Shown here piece by piece: positions 10,146 through 20,580 of a stretch of 64,000 bases of DNA. The DNA is from Pelagomonas calceolata. Taxonomy: Eukaryota. The stretch's first letter is position 1. Every line of letters begins with the position of its first letter. Location of the stretch: contig CAKKNE010000005.1 of the NCBI GenBank assembly GCA_918797485.1, forward strand, positions 4,030,001 through 4,094,000, given 5' to 3'. The notes below the pieces were generated by a model. The model ran no database searches, was not told the origin of the DNA, and saw only the letters and a list, made by a program, of their open reading frames with translations. A program made the position numbers and the translations under genes.

Positions 10146-12042
10146 ATGGCGCCGCGCCGCTTTGCAGTCCTGCTGCTGCCAGCCCTGTGTGCCGGATTCA
10201 GGAGCCCAAGCTTCGCGCGCAAGCTGCCGCGCCTGCCCAAGGCCGAGACCGCGACGGCCGAAGCCACACCAGCAACAACAGAAAAGGTGAAACTCGTCGA
10301 GGGTTTTGGAGTGGGCATCCGCCGCGACGTCAAGGCGCGCCTGCCCTTCTACAAGTCGGACATAAAAGATGGAGTTTCCGTGAAGAGCGTCTCCGCGCTA
10401 TTATACTTGTTCTTCGCGTGCCTGGCGCCGGCCGTCGCGTTCGGCTCTGTGCAGGGCGCCACCACGAAAGGCGCCATCGGAGCAGTAGAGTATGTGGCTT
10501 CTACAGCGATCTGTGGCGTCGTCTACGCGCTAGCATCAGCACAACCGCTGACCATCATCGGTAGTACAGGACCGGTCTTAGCCTTCACGTCCGTGCTCTA
10601 CGGTCTGTCGACGAAACTAGGAGTACCCTTCCTACCTCTATACGCCTGGACGGGCCTCTGGTCCTCTCTATATCTGTTTCTCGGCGCGTTATTTTCGACG
10701 TCCAATGGTGTTACGTTATTAACAAGGTTCACGGACGAGATTTTTTCCAATTTAATCTCTACGATTTTTGTCTACGAAGCAGCCAGAGATGTGGTCTTCG
10801 GCGCGTTGCTGAATCCGTCTATGGCAGCAAGCGAGGCCTTTGCGGTGGCCGCGACGGCGTGCACGACGTTCGGGAGCGCGACGTGGTTAGCAGCTAGAAG
10901 GGGCGCCGAGTCGCTGAAGCGCGGCGTGCGGAACTTCCTGGCCGACTTCGCGCCGGCCATCGGGATCTGTTTAGGGATTCTAGCCGGCGGCTGGTGCGGC
11001 GCGAGGGCGGGCGTGCCTCTACAAAAACTAGCGATGCCCGCGACCTTTTCCACGACGTCGGGGCGGCCCTGGCTCGTGCCCCTGGGCGCCCTACCGGTCA
11101 AGTACCGCTGGCTGGCGTCGTTGCCGGCGCTCATGGTCGCGGTGCTCTTGTTCTTCGGTTCTGGCCTGTGTGGAAATCAACCAGTGAGTCGGGTGCACCC
11201 GACAATTCTTCACTAAGTCATTTCTCGGTGATGACGCGGTCGTGCTGGCTCCGTCGAGCGGTGAGGAACCGGCATCGCCACGCCATCGAGCAGGCGTCGC
11301 GTCGATGGCGTGGAGGACGACGCGATGATTCAGCACGATCGCGCCGTAAAATTTTGATTTCCACACAGACCAGAACATCACGGTGCGCATCGTCAACGCG
11401 GAAAGTAACAAACTGAAGAAGCCGGTCGGCTACCACCAGGACCTGTTGGTCGTGTCTTTATTAGCAGCGGGCTGCTCCGTCGTCGGCTTCCCCTGGCTCG
11501 TCGCGGCGACGGTGCGCAGCATCAATCATGTGAGGGCCAACTCCGTCTACGAGGACGTGATCCAGGAGGGCGACTGCGAAAGCAGCTTGGAGTTCGTGGG
11601 CTGCAAGGAGCAGCGGGTTACTGGTTTAGCTATCCACGCGGCGATCGGCGGAGCTTTACTGTTCGGGCGGAAGACGCTCGCGAGGACGCCGAAAGCTGCT
11701 CTGATGGGCCTGTTCCTGTACTTGGGCACGTCGGCGCTGAAGGGCAACCAGATGTTCGCGCGCAGCACGGAGTTGCTCGGAGGGCCGCTCGTGGACCTCG
11801 ACGCGCTCGACGCCTCGCAAAGCAAAGCCAAGGACCGGCCCTGGGCCGCCGTCCCGAGGAACGTGACGCGCGGCTTCACGTTACTACAAATCGGGCTGCT
11901 GGCGTCGATGATGCTCCTGAAGAACTCGCCGCTCGGCGTCGGCTTTCCCATCATCATCGCCGCTTTGGGGCCCCTGCGCTCCTTGATGCTGAAGACGAAG
12001 CTCGTCAAGCCCGAGGAGATGGCCCTGTTGGACCAGGACTAG
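10146..12042 (+). CDS. SLC4: SLC4-family HCO3- transporter, probably plastid-targeted; 2 exons (10146-11157, 11369-12042)
   Basis: YLFFACLAPAVAFG, AQPLTIIGSTGP, TRFTDEIF, spliced FFDQNIT, KKPVGYHQDL, PWLVAATVRSINH, EQRVTG, GLFLYLG; presequence ...LCAG-FRSP. Confidence 0.9.
11158..11368 (+). mobile_element. Introner element (211-nt GT-AG intron; 203-bp element 11166-11368 with perfect 15-bp TIRs)
   Basis: CTGTGTGGAAATCAA...TTGATTTCCACACAG; 7 mismatches in 203 bp versus copy at 59796-59998 (hand count); removal restores FFDQNIT. Confidence 0.93.
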
Positions 12043-12073
12043 GAGCCCTTCCCCGTTGCACATAAAAACATCG

Positions 12074-12808
12074 TTATTCAACCTTGAACGGCGCGCCGCT
12101 CTGCCTTAAGATATCCTTGAAGCCGAAGACCAGCACCAAACTACCCACAGCGGCTGCTTGACCATAAACACGCGTGTGGATGACCGCGTGCGAGAGGCGC
12201 CAGCCCTCGTACCTGGGTTTCGAGAGCTCACTGTGCAGGATCGCGCCGTACATGGGCGTGATGACCATGCCGAACGCTATCAAAGTGTGATTGTAGAAGG
12301 CGTTCGCCAGGCGCAGCGGCCACGTCGCGCCGGACCGCGCCGTCGCAACGTCGCCGCGGCTCTTGGCGTCATGATGTACCCGCAGATCACCAGCTAAAAA
12401 GAACGCGAAGAGCGGCGGGCTGATCGCGAGCGCGACGCGCGCCGACGGCGACGTCGCCTTCGCGAACGCCGGCGAGAACTTGCAGCCCGCGGCGACGGCG
12501 CCCGTGGAGGCAAGACCCCAAGGTAATGCGGACGCGAGGCCCGCGCTGGCCGCGGACCGCTGCGCCTGCTGGGCGCCGGCGCTCTCCATCGAGCCCTGGA
12601 TGTCACCGCTCGCGGGGCGCGTCGTCACCGTTGCGTTCGGTCGCGTCGCTGTAGCGTTCTTCGGGACGCGCGGCGGTGAAGCGGGCGTCGGCAGCGTCTC
12701 GAGTGGTGCAGCGGGCGTCGGCAGCGTCTCGACGGCGATCTGTGCGCCCAGCGCAGCGGCCGGCCGCTTGGGCTGCTCCGCTGATGGCTGGCTGTTTGGT
12801 GGCCCCAT
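12074..12808 (-). CDS. HIG1-domain (Rcf-like) mitochondrial membrane protein; start uncertain (ATG 12808 or 12589)
   Basis: Two TM pairs; C-terminal VIHTRVYGQAAAV resembles the HIG1 R-V-x-A-Q motif. Confidence 0.55.
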   Translation of the reverse strand: MGPPNSQPSAEQPKRPAAALGAQIAVETLPTPAAPLETLPTPASPPRVPKNATATRPNATVTTRPASGDIQGSMESAGAQQAQRSAASAGLASALPWGLASTGAVAAGCKFSPAFAKATSPSARVALAISPPLFAFFLAGDLRVHHDAKSRGDVATARSGATWPLRLANAFYNHTLIAFGMVITPMYGAILHSELSKPRYEGWRLSHAVIHTRVYGQAAAVGSLVLVFGFKDILRQSGAPFKVE

Positions 12809-13231
12809 TACTGATGTCGCGCCCGGGGCAGCCCGCAAGCTTCGTTCGTTGACCAATGCTACTGCTCGCGTGCAGTGCCTCAATCGATGCGCGCGCGCCA
12901 GCGTCGCGCGGCCAGCCACGCTGGCCAGAGAGTTTTGGGCTCGACATCTGCTCGACCGGCCCCACCCTCGCGCAGTGGTCCATGCCGCCGAGCGACGCCT
13001 TCGAGGCGTGGCTCGTAGCCCTCCTTTCAAACGAACGTGCCGCCGTGCGGGTATGACGCCGATTTGTGTTCGAGGAGAGGTTGCTGGACGATAGGCAGAC
13101 CTCAAACAGGTAGTGCCCAGCTTGTCAGAAGAGGCTGCCCCCGACGCATCCATCCGAGCACTCTTTCAAGGCGGGGCCGTGATTCCCCCCGCTCGGCGCC
13201 GAGCTTGCAAGAAGCAAATTGGTGCTGGCAA

Positions 13232-14428
13232 ATGGAGGCCGCACCCTCCGAGGCGCCGGCCCCGGCGCGGCCCGCGCAAGAGGCCAAAGGTGGGGACGCC
13301 CCGGGCCCATTACTTAACACTTTGAGCGTCGAGGCGACGGCTAGATTACTTGCTGATTATTTTCACGTCGAGGAAGATGTGGTAAGGCGGGGTTTTAGAA
13401 ACGTGGACGGCGCGACGCTGTCCTTCTACACGGACGACGAACTCAGTCAGGCGGGTGTGACCAATGCACCTCTGCGACGACGGATGCTGCTGGAATTGAA
13501 AAAGTTTGGGGCCGAGGGCGTGCCTCCTTCGGCCATCGTGACGATGCGGGACGCCGTGACGTCGCCGACGCTGCCTCGGAGTCATTTCGACAACGTCGAT
13601 CGGCGCCAGGTCGTGCCGGCCGAGGCCGTGCAGGTCTACCCGGCCATTACGACGACTCGAAGCGCGCCTTTGCCTGGGCGGTTTTCCGCGCCATCGCGGT
13701 CGCAGTCCGGCCGTGCTGTTGATGAAGAGCAACGACGTGAAAGGCAGCGGCGGATCTTGCGGCACAACAGCGGCGCGCAGTCGATGAGCGCCCTCGACAC
13801 GAGTGACGACGACCGGCCCGCGTCCTCGGAAAGCCGAGGGTTCCTCAAGCGACGGTCGCGGGACCTCACGAACTTCTTCCGCGGGCTGGGACGCGCGTCT
13901 CGCGGCTCGAAGGACGACTTGGCCGAAACAAGAAGAGATACGAGGTTACAGGGCGAGTTGCGGAGATACGCGAATACGGCCTTACCGTCGAATATCACGG
14001 CGATCCATCCCGATGATAGGAATGATAGTGATGATGAGTGCGTCCAGTGGGTCGCGGACGTCGTCTTCGGCAAGCAGCGCGCTCCAGGTCAAGTCATCAT
14101 AAGGCTGCCGCCGAACTACCCCTTTGCCGGGCCGGTGCTCTCATTTAGAGATAGAGAAGTGCGCTTCGTCCTCGGCCAGGGCGGCGTGCGCGACGACTGG
14201 GACATCGTGTGCGTGTGGACGCCGGCGATGTCCGTCGCCGACGCCGTCACGGAGGCGCTCGCCGCCGTGAACCAGGCGGAGTTCACGGACGCCGCGAACA
14301 TGTTCGCCGAGGAGGAGGCCCTGTCTCGTGTTACAAGCTCCGTGCGGTCGGAGCCCGACGACGATCGGAGAAGGGCGCCGTCGTACGACGACTTCGCGTC
14401 GTCGGGCGCCGCCGAGGCGAAGGCCTAA
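13232..14428 (+). CDS. Protein with N-terminal SAM-like domain and C-terminal UBC/E2-like fold
   Basis: VDGATLSFYTDDELSQAGVTNAPLRRRMLLEL; IRLPPNYPFAGP...WTPAMSVAD. Confidence 0.55.
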   Translation: MEAAPSEAPAPARPAQEAKGGDAPGPLLNTLSVEATARLLADYFHVEEDVVRRGFRNVDGATLSFYTDDELSQAGVTNAPLRRRMLLELKKFGAEGVPPSAIVTMRDAVTSPTLPRSHFDNVDRRQVVPAEAVQVYPAITTTRSAPLPGRFSAPSRSQSGRAVDEEQRRERQRRILRHNSGAQSMSALDTSDDDRPASSESRGFLKRRSRDLTNFFRGLGRASRGSKDDLAETRRDTRLQGELRRYANTALPSNITAIHPDDRNDSDDECVQWVADVVFGKQRAPGQVIIRLPPNYPFAGPVLSFRDREVRFVLGQGGVRDDWDIVCVWTPAMSVADAVTEALAAVNQAEFTDAANMFAEEEALSRVTSSVRSEPDDDRRRAPSYDDFASSGAAEAKA

Positions 14429-14499
14429 GCTACTGTGTTTTGCCGGTCACCTAGTCTGTTGTACACGGTGCTAGGACTCGTGGGCGTGTGTTTTGTCTT

Positions 14500-14520
14500 C
14501 TAGTGTGTTACATGCGCTAG
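14500..14520 (+). promoter_or_regulatory. Recurrent upstream motif CTAGTGTGTTACATGCGCTAG
   Basis: Matches copies at 41119, 43541, 47511 and 49436; about 75 bp upstream of ATG 14596. Confidence 0.55.
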
Positions 14521-14539
14521 ACTCTCGGCTCTGCGGCCT

Positions 14540-14572
14540 CGACTCCACTTCGACTCCACTTCGACTCCACTT
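14540..14572 (+). repeat. 11-bp tandem repeat (CGACTCCACTT)x3 in 5' region
   Basis: Three exact copies read directly. Confidence 0.85.
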
Positions 14573-14595
14573 GAGCCAAGCTCACACAGTCCACT

Positions 14596-15480
14596 ATGGC
14601 GCAAACGGACGCCGCGCCTCGCCGCGCAGCGCTGCTGAGCCTGCCAGCCGACATGCTCTGCAAAATTGCCTCCCACGTAGTCGCGCCTGACCTCGTGGTC
14701 GCCGCTGGTCGAGACGTGTCGGCGCGGACGGCGCTGCGCAAGGGCACGGACGCGGCCGAGCGGTCGCGATTCGGCGGCATCGGTCTCACGGTGAGCGAAG
14801 CCGAGCAGGTCCTGCGGACGCGGTATTGGGATTGGCTGGGTGACGTTGATCTGGACTCTCGCGAATCGGTCAGGGAGAGGCTCGACCAGCCGTACATTGT
14901 GTTTGATCGCTATAAGAAGGACCACCCGGATGCTCCTGCAACAGTCGAACGGACTGGGGTCGCTTCGCAGTTGATTCGAACCATCATTGCATACGGCGCG
15001 GATCCCGCGGAACCAATTGGAGGAACAACCCCGCTGCACTTCGTGGCGGCATATGTCCCTCAAGATGCGATCATACTCACCAAACTACTTCTGGCGGCAG
15101 GTGTCGACATGGACGTTGAGGGCTGTCCAATTGACTGCGCCGGCACCTGTGCTCTCTCCTGGTGTATTTGTTCGACTGGTGATTGGACCGACGAGAGATG
15201 CGCTCTAGCGACGTTTCTCGTCGAGCAAGGGTGCGACGTCGTCAAGGCCGACGCTGGCTACGAAATAGGTCACCACTTTGATGACAGTTCGTCGCTGCTC
15301 TCCAGGCTAGAGACGATCCCCGGGCCTATAACGCCGGGGACTGAGCGGCTCATGGGCCTCATCAGCGCCGCGCTTGAAGCGGCAGGGCCAGAGCGCCTCG
15401 AGGCGGCGCGAACTGCCGCGCGTATCCGTCACGAAGCTGCTGAAGCCGAGATGCACGACGTTGAAAGCGGCGACTATTGA
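14596..15480 (+). CDS. Ankyrin-repeat protein with possible F-box-like N-terminus
   Basis: LLSLPADMLCKI; IIAYGADP, GTTPLHFVA, LLLAAGVD, FLVEQGCDV. Confidence 0.65.
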   Translation: MAQTDAAPRRAALLSLPADMLCKIASHVVAPDLVVAAGRDVSARTALRKGTDAAERSRFGGIGLTVSEAEQVLRTRYWDWLGDVDLDSRESVRERLDQPYIVFDRYKKDHPDAPATVERTGVASQLIRTIIAYGADPAEPIGGTTPLHFVAAYVPQDAIILTKLLLAAGVDMDVEGCPIDCAGTCALSWCICSTGDWTDERCALATFLVEQGCDVVKADAGYEIGHHFDDSSSLLSRLETIPGPITPGTERLMGLISAALEAAGPERLEAARTAARIRHEAAEAEMHDVESGDY

Positions 15481-15609
15481 TAGTAATATAATTGTGCATA
15501 GAACTAGAGAATGTCCCGCCGCGCGCGCGTTCGGGAATTGTTCGGGTTCCTCTCATTTTGCATGCAGCCCAAAGCAGCCAATTGATCGCCCCGGCAGCCC
15601 ACAGCAACC

Positions 15610-15783
15610 ATGGCCGACGACGACACTCTTAACACAACAGCAACGACGGGCGGCGGCATCATCTTCGACACCTACACGGACTGGTGGGTCTTCCTGACCA
15701 TCACGGTGGTTTGTTGGAGCGTGGTTTATGGGGTGGTGTCCAAGTCGATGCGGGACTCTGCCGAGCGCGAGCGGGCGGCGTGA
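15610..15783 (+). CDS. 57-aa single-pass membrane micro-protein (not in the ORF track)
   Basis: Good start context ACCATGG; MADDDTLNTTATTGGGIIFDTYTDWWVFLTITVVCWSVVYGVVSKSMRDSAERERAA*. Confidence 0.45.
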   Translation: MADDDTLNTTATTGGGIIFDTYTDWWVFLTITVVCWSVVYGVVSKSMRDSAERERAA

Positions 15784-15786
15784 GAC

Positions 15787-16638
15787 ATGGACAAGGAGAA
15801 ATTCGTGCTGCGTTTGGTAGCGCTCGTCCTGTTCATCACGCTGCTGACGCCAGACATACGCGCGCCGCCCGCAGACGACACACCAGTAACCTGCACACAA
15901 GACGACCTGTCGGAGGCCCTGCGGCGCTTCGAATCGACCATAAAGGCACAAAAAGCTATCATTGTCGTGGGCGCCGAGGGCTCGGGCAGCAAGCTGGCCG
16001 CGCTCGCCGCCGCCCAGGCGTTGGAAGGAGCCGCCTTCCGGTCCCCGAGCTTCCCGCCGCCCTACGACCCATCCTGCGCCGAGAGTAGGGGTGTGTGGAA
16101 GACCTGGGACGGCCACGGTATACATGCGAACTTCTGCGCGGCGTCGGCCGTTATACATAGGTCGCTGCCGCATGCGAATTGCTTCCCCGACGTGCGGAGT
16201 TTAGTGAGGGAGCTGAAGGACGACTATAGGTTCGAAGAGGTGTTGGTCGTCGTCGCGGCGCGGGATCCATCAGCTACACTGCGGACGAAGGCGAGGCACC
16301 ACCAGCGGAATGGTGGAGTGGCGGCGCGCGAGCAGCGCCTCGCCTTTGATGTTTTGAGAGGGTTGGTCAACGATCCACCTTGTGGGGTCTTCGTCTGGAG
16401 CTACGAGGCCTTTTTGGTGCTCGGGGACGCGTACGGGAAGCAACTGCTCGACGCCTTAAAGCTGCCGCGGCCGTTGGCGAGCGAGCCCACACCCGAATTG
16501 CCATTGCCGACCTACGACGGCAACCGCGCCTACGCGCGGCGGCGGCGGCCCTGGGAGCTCCTCCGCGCCGCGGCTCTTTCCATCGTCGCGCCGCGGGCGC
16601 CCGCGTATGTTGCGGGGGCGCGGGCGGAGCTGAGGTAA
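15787..16638 (+). CDS. Type II membrane protein, sulfotransferase/P-loop-like
   Basis: N-terminal TM; IIVVGAEGSGSK, VVVAARDP, SYEAF resemble sulfotransferase-fold motifs. Confidence 0.5.
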   Translation: MDKEKFVLRLVALVLFITLLTPDIRAPPADDTPVTCTQDDLSEALRRFESTIKAQKAIIVVGAEGSGSKLAALAAAQALEGAAFRSPSFPPPYDPSCAESRGVWKTWDGHGIHANFCAASAVIHRSLPHANCFPDVRSLVRELKDDYRFEEVLVVVAARDPSATLRTKARHHQRNGGVAAREQRLAFDVLRGLVNDPPCGVFVWSYEAFLVLGDAYGKQLLDALKLPRPLASEPTPELPLPTYDGNRAYARRRRPWELLRAAALSIVAPRAPAYVAGARAELR

Positions 16639-16887
16639 CTCCCTGGGCACTTCGTAGTCGCCTCTAGTCACCGTTCAAATGAGCGGGGGGGGCGTGTCGT
16701 GCGGGTGCTTTGAAAATCGTGTGCCAGGCAGCGCTGTCCTGTGGCGCTGTAGGCAGCACGTATAGCCGATGGCTGCCCGAATGAATCATATATCGAAGCG
16801 GGCATCGCGCATCTGTGCGCGCGGGCCATCGTAAAAACTGAGTCCTACAAAAACCCAGCGCAAGAGTTGGGCTGCTTAGTGGACGGC

Positions 16888-18102
16888 ATGCGCGCACGCT
16901 TCCGACGCGGAGGCAGCCTACGACTGCTCGTGCTCGCCTCCCTCTGCAGCACTAACGCGACGCCGGCGCCGACCACGGCCGCACCTACGGCGGCGCCCAC
17001 CGTCACGTCACTGCCGACCACGGCGACTCCGACGGCCGCCTGCCGCCCACTGCTAGAGATGACGCGTGAGAGCGTTCGTGCCAACATCACGGTCATCGTC
17101 GAGGCCCCGGACACGCCGCTCGCCGCCATCGATTACCAGGCGGACTCGCGCTACGTCGTGCACGAGGACAATTTCGACGTCGTCACTCATTATAGCTGCG
17201 ACGAGGCGTCGGAAGCGGGCTTCTCGTGCGCCGAGTTCGAGCGCCAGGGCTTCTCGTGCGAGGACTGTGCCTGCGCCGGCCGGCCGCCGCGCTGCGAGTA
17301 CTGGGACAGGGAACGCGTGCGCTGCCGCGCGACGTACGGCCCGACCTTCCACGATAAACTCTGGGCGCTCGCCGCCTGCGACGCGGACGCGGGGTGCATC
17401 GCCGTCATGAAAGTCGGGCAAGAGGGCTACGAGCGCTGCGAAAGCGTGCACAACGCGGATCGCCGGGACGCCTGCGGCAGCGGGGATTTTGAAGACGGGC
17501 GGGGCTATCACGCGAGAACCCTCGTCTGCGGCCAGCTCGGCGGCTACAAGCCCATGCGGAACCGCGCTGCTCATGGATTTTTCGCGTTCTTTTCGTGTCT
17601 ATCAGCGGTGCTGGGCGTCGTCGCGGTGTGCGCGCCGGCGTGGGCGCCGGAAGTCGAGCCGCGGCGGACGGCGACGCTGAGCTTGAGTCTCTTCGGCGTG
17701 CTGCCCTGCTGCGTGTTCACGCTGATCGGTTTCGCGATCCTGAGTGCCTGGTACGGCCACGGCCGCCCGGGCGAAGGTGCTTGTAATCCTGACCTGCCCG
17801 CGGCGGGCTGGACCATGACTTGCATCGGCTTCGTCCTCCTCGCGCTCGGCGCGTCGGCGTACTACATGCAGGGCGGCTTCGACGAGGCGCAGGTTCGACG
17901 GGGCGTTGTTCCCCACGGTCACCCACCCGTCGTGGCCGCCTGGCAGGCCGCGCCACCGCCGATGGCTCCGGCAACTGTCGTGGAGCTCGCGCCGCGGCCG
18001 GTCGTCCAGCCCGTCGTCGTCCAACCCGAAATAGTCCACCAGCGCCAACTCCAAGTCGTCCAGGGGCAGCACATCGCCATGGCGTCCGAATCGAACCCGT
18101 AA
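16888..18102 (+). CDS. Cys-rich membrane protein with PT repeat and 3 C-terminal TM segments
   Basis: Signal-like start, PAPTTAAPTAAPT, Cys-rich ectodomain, hydrophobic helices, Pro/Val/Gln tail. Confidence 0.55.
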   Translation: MRARFRRGGSLRLLVLASLCSTNATPAPTTAAPTAAPTVTSLPTTATPTAACRPLLEMTRESVRANITVIVEAPDTPLAAIDYQADSRYVVHEDNFDVVTHYSCDEASEAGFSCAEFERQGFSCEDCACAGRPPRCEYWDRERVRCRATYGPTFHDKLWALAACDADAGCIAVMKVGQEGYERCESVHNADRRDACGSGDFEDGRGYHARTLVCGQLGGYKPMRNRAAHGFFAFFSCLSAVLGVVAVCAPAWAPEVEPRRTATLSLSLFGVLPCCVFTLIGFAILSAWYGHGRPGEGACNPDLPAAGWTMTCIGFVLLALGASAYYMQGGFDEAQVRRGVVPHGHPPVVAAWQAAPPPMAPATVVELAPRPVVQPVVVQPEIVHQRQLQVVQGQHIAMASESNP

Positions 18103-18138
18103 TCATTCTGTTTGAACGTAGTAGACACACATATACAT

Positions 18139-19532
18139 TTACAAAGCGCCCCTCCCCCGGGCTGGAGCGTATGCGCCCGCCTGGGACGCCATCCGAAAAA
18201 ACGCAAAGCTGCCGCCGACGAGCGCCAGCAGCGACGTCACCAGCGAGTACCACCGGTGCGGCCGCCGCTCGACAACGACGGCCATCGGTGATATATCGTA
18301 GGCAAACCGCGCCTCGGGCGCCGTGTCCAGCGGATAAATGACCGAATGGACGTGGTGTAACGTCTGGAACGCTGCGAATGGTCGGCGTGTGACGTCGTAC
18401 CTGGTCGGCACAACATGAAGATGATGATGCACCCCCCGGTGGTGCGCTCCTTTGAAAGCCGCGTCCGGTTTGGGCGCAACCCTCGCGTGCTGGTCCGCGA
18501 GGTACCCGAGCTTGCGCCGCTGCCATCGGTTGAGCGGCTCGCCGAACGTCAGGCGGTGGACGATATGGGAGATATTTGTTCGTTTCGCGTTTTGCGACTC
18601 GTGAGACTGGTGCGCCGTGATGTGGAAATTCCCGGGCACGCGATTCACGAGGACGTGGCCCGCTATTCTACACCCAGGATCATCATCATCCCAGTGGTCT
18701 CTCCGCGTCTCCTGCTTCTGCGCGGGGACGCGAGTAAGGTATGAGGTGACACAAGGACAGTACGTACCTGCGGGTAATGCTCGTACACCGCCTGGAGTTC
18801 GAGCTTCGACGCCAAAAATTCTCCCATGGCTACCACCGTCCTATCCCCGCGGTACGTCCCCTCGTGCACCGGCCGGCCGTGACGGTACAGCCGCAGCGTC
18901 GGGAAGGCGTGCACCTCCTCGTCGTGGCAGAGCTGGGGCTCAAGCGTGCAGTCGACGCAAGCAATAGACACGGGCTCGTTCTTATGCTCCGTGTCCTCGG
19001 CGAGCGCCTCCCACGCGGGCGCCAATTGGCGGCAGAAGGGGCACCACGGCGCCCAGAACTGGACGAAGGCGTACTCCTTCGTGGCGAGATGCGCGTCCCA
19101 GGCGTCGCGGCCGCCCTCGATGTGGTCGACGTGGATCCCATTTTCGTGCAATTGGTCCAGCGAATGGTGGTCGTCATGTTGTATGTCGGGTTTGACGCGA
19201 TCCCTCCCTTTGTAGGCTCTTTGATGACCATGCTCGTCGAGTTGCCACTTTTCGACCGTGCGTGTTATGTCCGCCTGGTTCCTTCCGATCTTGTCCCATA
19301 AATCAACAGACGCTCTATCGCAGTGCAAATGGGGAAACGAGATGTTGAAGTCGATGCGCAGCTGGTCTTGTGACGTGTCCACGTCGATTCTACTTCTGTA
19401 TTCACTTGTCAAGCGTCCCGTCTCCGCGAGCACGATCCATCCTAACATAACGAGCCAGAGGATGCTCATGAGACCGCCCGTCTGCGTCGCCTGCTTCAGG
19501 TCTTCCGGTACTTTGCGGTAGAAGTCGAACAT
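18139..19532 (-). CDS. ERGIC (Erv41/Erv46-like) protein with thioredoxin domain (PDI-C type); 50-nt intron 18718-18767
   Basis: FDFYRKVPEDL ERGIC_N; WAPWCPFC; spliced GCRIAGHVLVNRVPGNFH; YDISPM; LLALVGGSF. Confidence 0.88.
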
Positions 19533-19779
19533 CCTTCTCTATCTATCGTGCGCTGCGTCGGCCGGCGTTGCGGCGGCCTATTGATCACTTTGCGGCGGCT
19601 CCTGCGGCTGCTATTGATCACTGGATTGGATGCTCACACTGATGGGAGCTCTCCGTGTCGTATCACGCAGTAAAATTTGGCACACACTGCGGCACAGCGA
19701 TCCTTGTGAACTGTATGAGGTCGCACGAGCGCACAACTGCGCAAATGCGCCCTACCGCGGTCGCACCAAAAATGCGCAG

Positions 19780-19800
19780 CTAGCGTCGTAAAGACACTAG
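19780..19800 (-). promoter_or_regulatory. Recurrent upstream motif copy (CTAGTGTCTTTACGACGCTAG on minus)
   Basis: In the divergent ERGIC/NDUFB10 intergenic region. Confidence 0.5.
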
Positions 19801-20050
19801 CAATACACCAGCCTCCCCTGGAGCCCAGTTTTGCGCTGCTCAAGCCTGGACGAGCGCGCCGCCACGCCGTAGCACTCGTGGAGACGCTTCACAGCTCAGG
19901 CCGCATCCGCCTCTCCAACTCGCCGCGCCGCGCCGCCGCCAAGGAGCCCTCTTGAGGCGCCGCCGCCAGCCAGCGCTCCCGGACGCCGCGCAGCGATAAG
20001 CCAAGCGCCGCCCACCAACCAGCAGTCCTCGACGCCGTCGCCGCCACAAA

Positions 20051-20362
20051 ATGCCCGGCGCGCCCTACAACGACGCCTACCCCGTCGGCGTCCAACTGAA
20101 ACCCTACCCGCATGTCCCGTCAGACTTGAGGGCCGACGGCCGCCGCCACGACGATCCTGTGGGTTACGCTCTGGCCCGGGAACAACGAGGCCGGGAACGG
20201 ATCATCGCGGAAGAAACGGTGAAGATCGTGCGCGAGCAGGTCGCGCAATGTTATCAGAGGGAAGGTGTCAACCACTACCAGAACTGCAAGCACCTCACGA
20301 AGCAGTACTACGACCTCATCACGGCGCCGGGCTTTGGGATTTTGCAGCCGGGGAAGGAGTGA
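20051..20362 (+). CDS. NDUFB10: NADH:ubiquinone oxidoreductase subunit B10 (PDSW)
   Basis: RERII..E.VKIVREQVAQCYQREGVNHYQNC signature. Confidence 0.85.
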   Translation: MPGAPYNDAYPVGVQLKPYPHVPSDLRADGRRHDDPVGYALAREQRGRERIIAEETVKIVREQVAQCYQREGVNHYQNCKHLTKQYYDLITAPGFGILQPGKE

Positions 20363-20580
20363 GCTCGCGGCGCTCGCGGCGCGCCGCACGCGCTTCGACG
20401 CCATCTAACATAGTGTCTATTTAGCTTCACGTCGATGGCGTCAAGGCTTCGCGCCGACGGACGGCGTGCCGGGCGTGGTGCCTTGCGCCGTCGACGCCCC
20501 ACCGCTGCGCGCGACGCGCGACGCGGTCGAAGGCCGGTACCGCTCTCGTCGCCGCAAATAAGAACAACGCCATTACCCAT

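Noticed and set aside
11091..11411. ORFs with near-identical peptides at 11091-11411 and 59433-59996 (WKS.FYGA.VLNHRVVLHAIDA...)
   Set aside because: Translation of the non-coding introner; no transposase motifs
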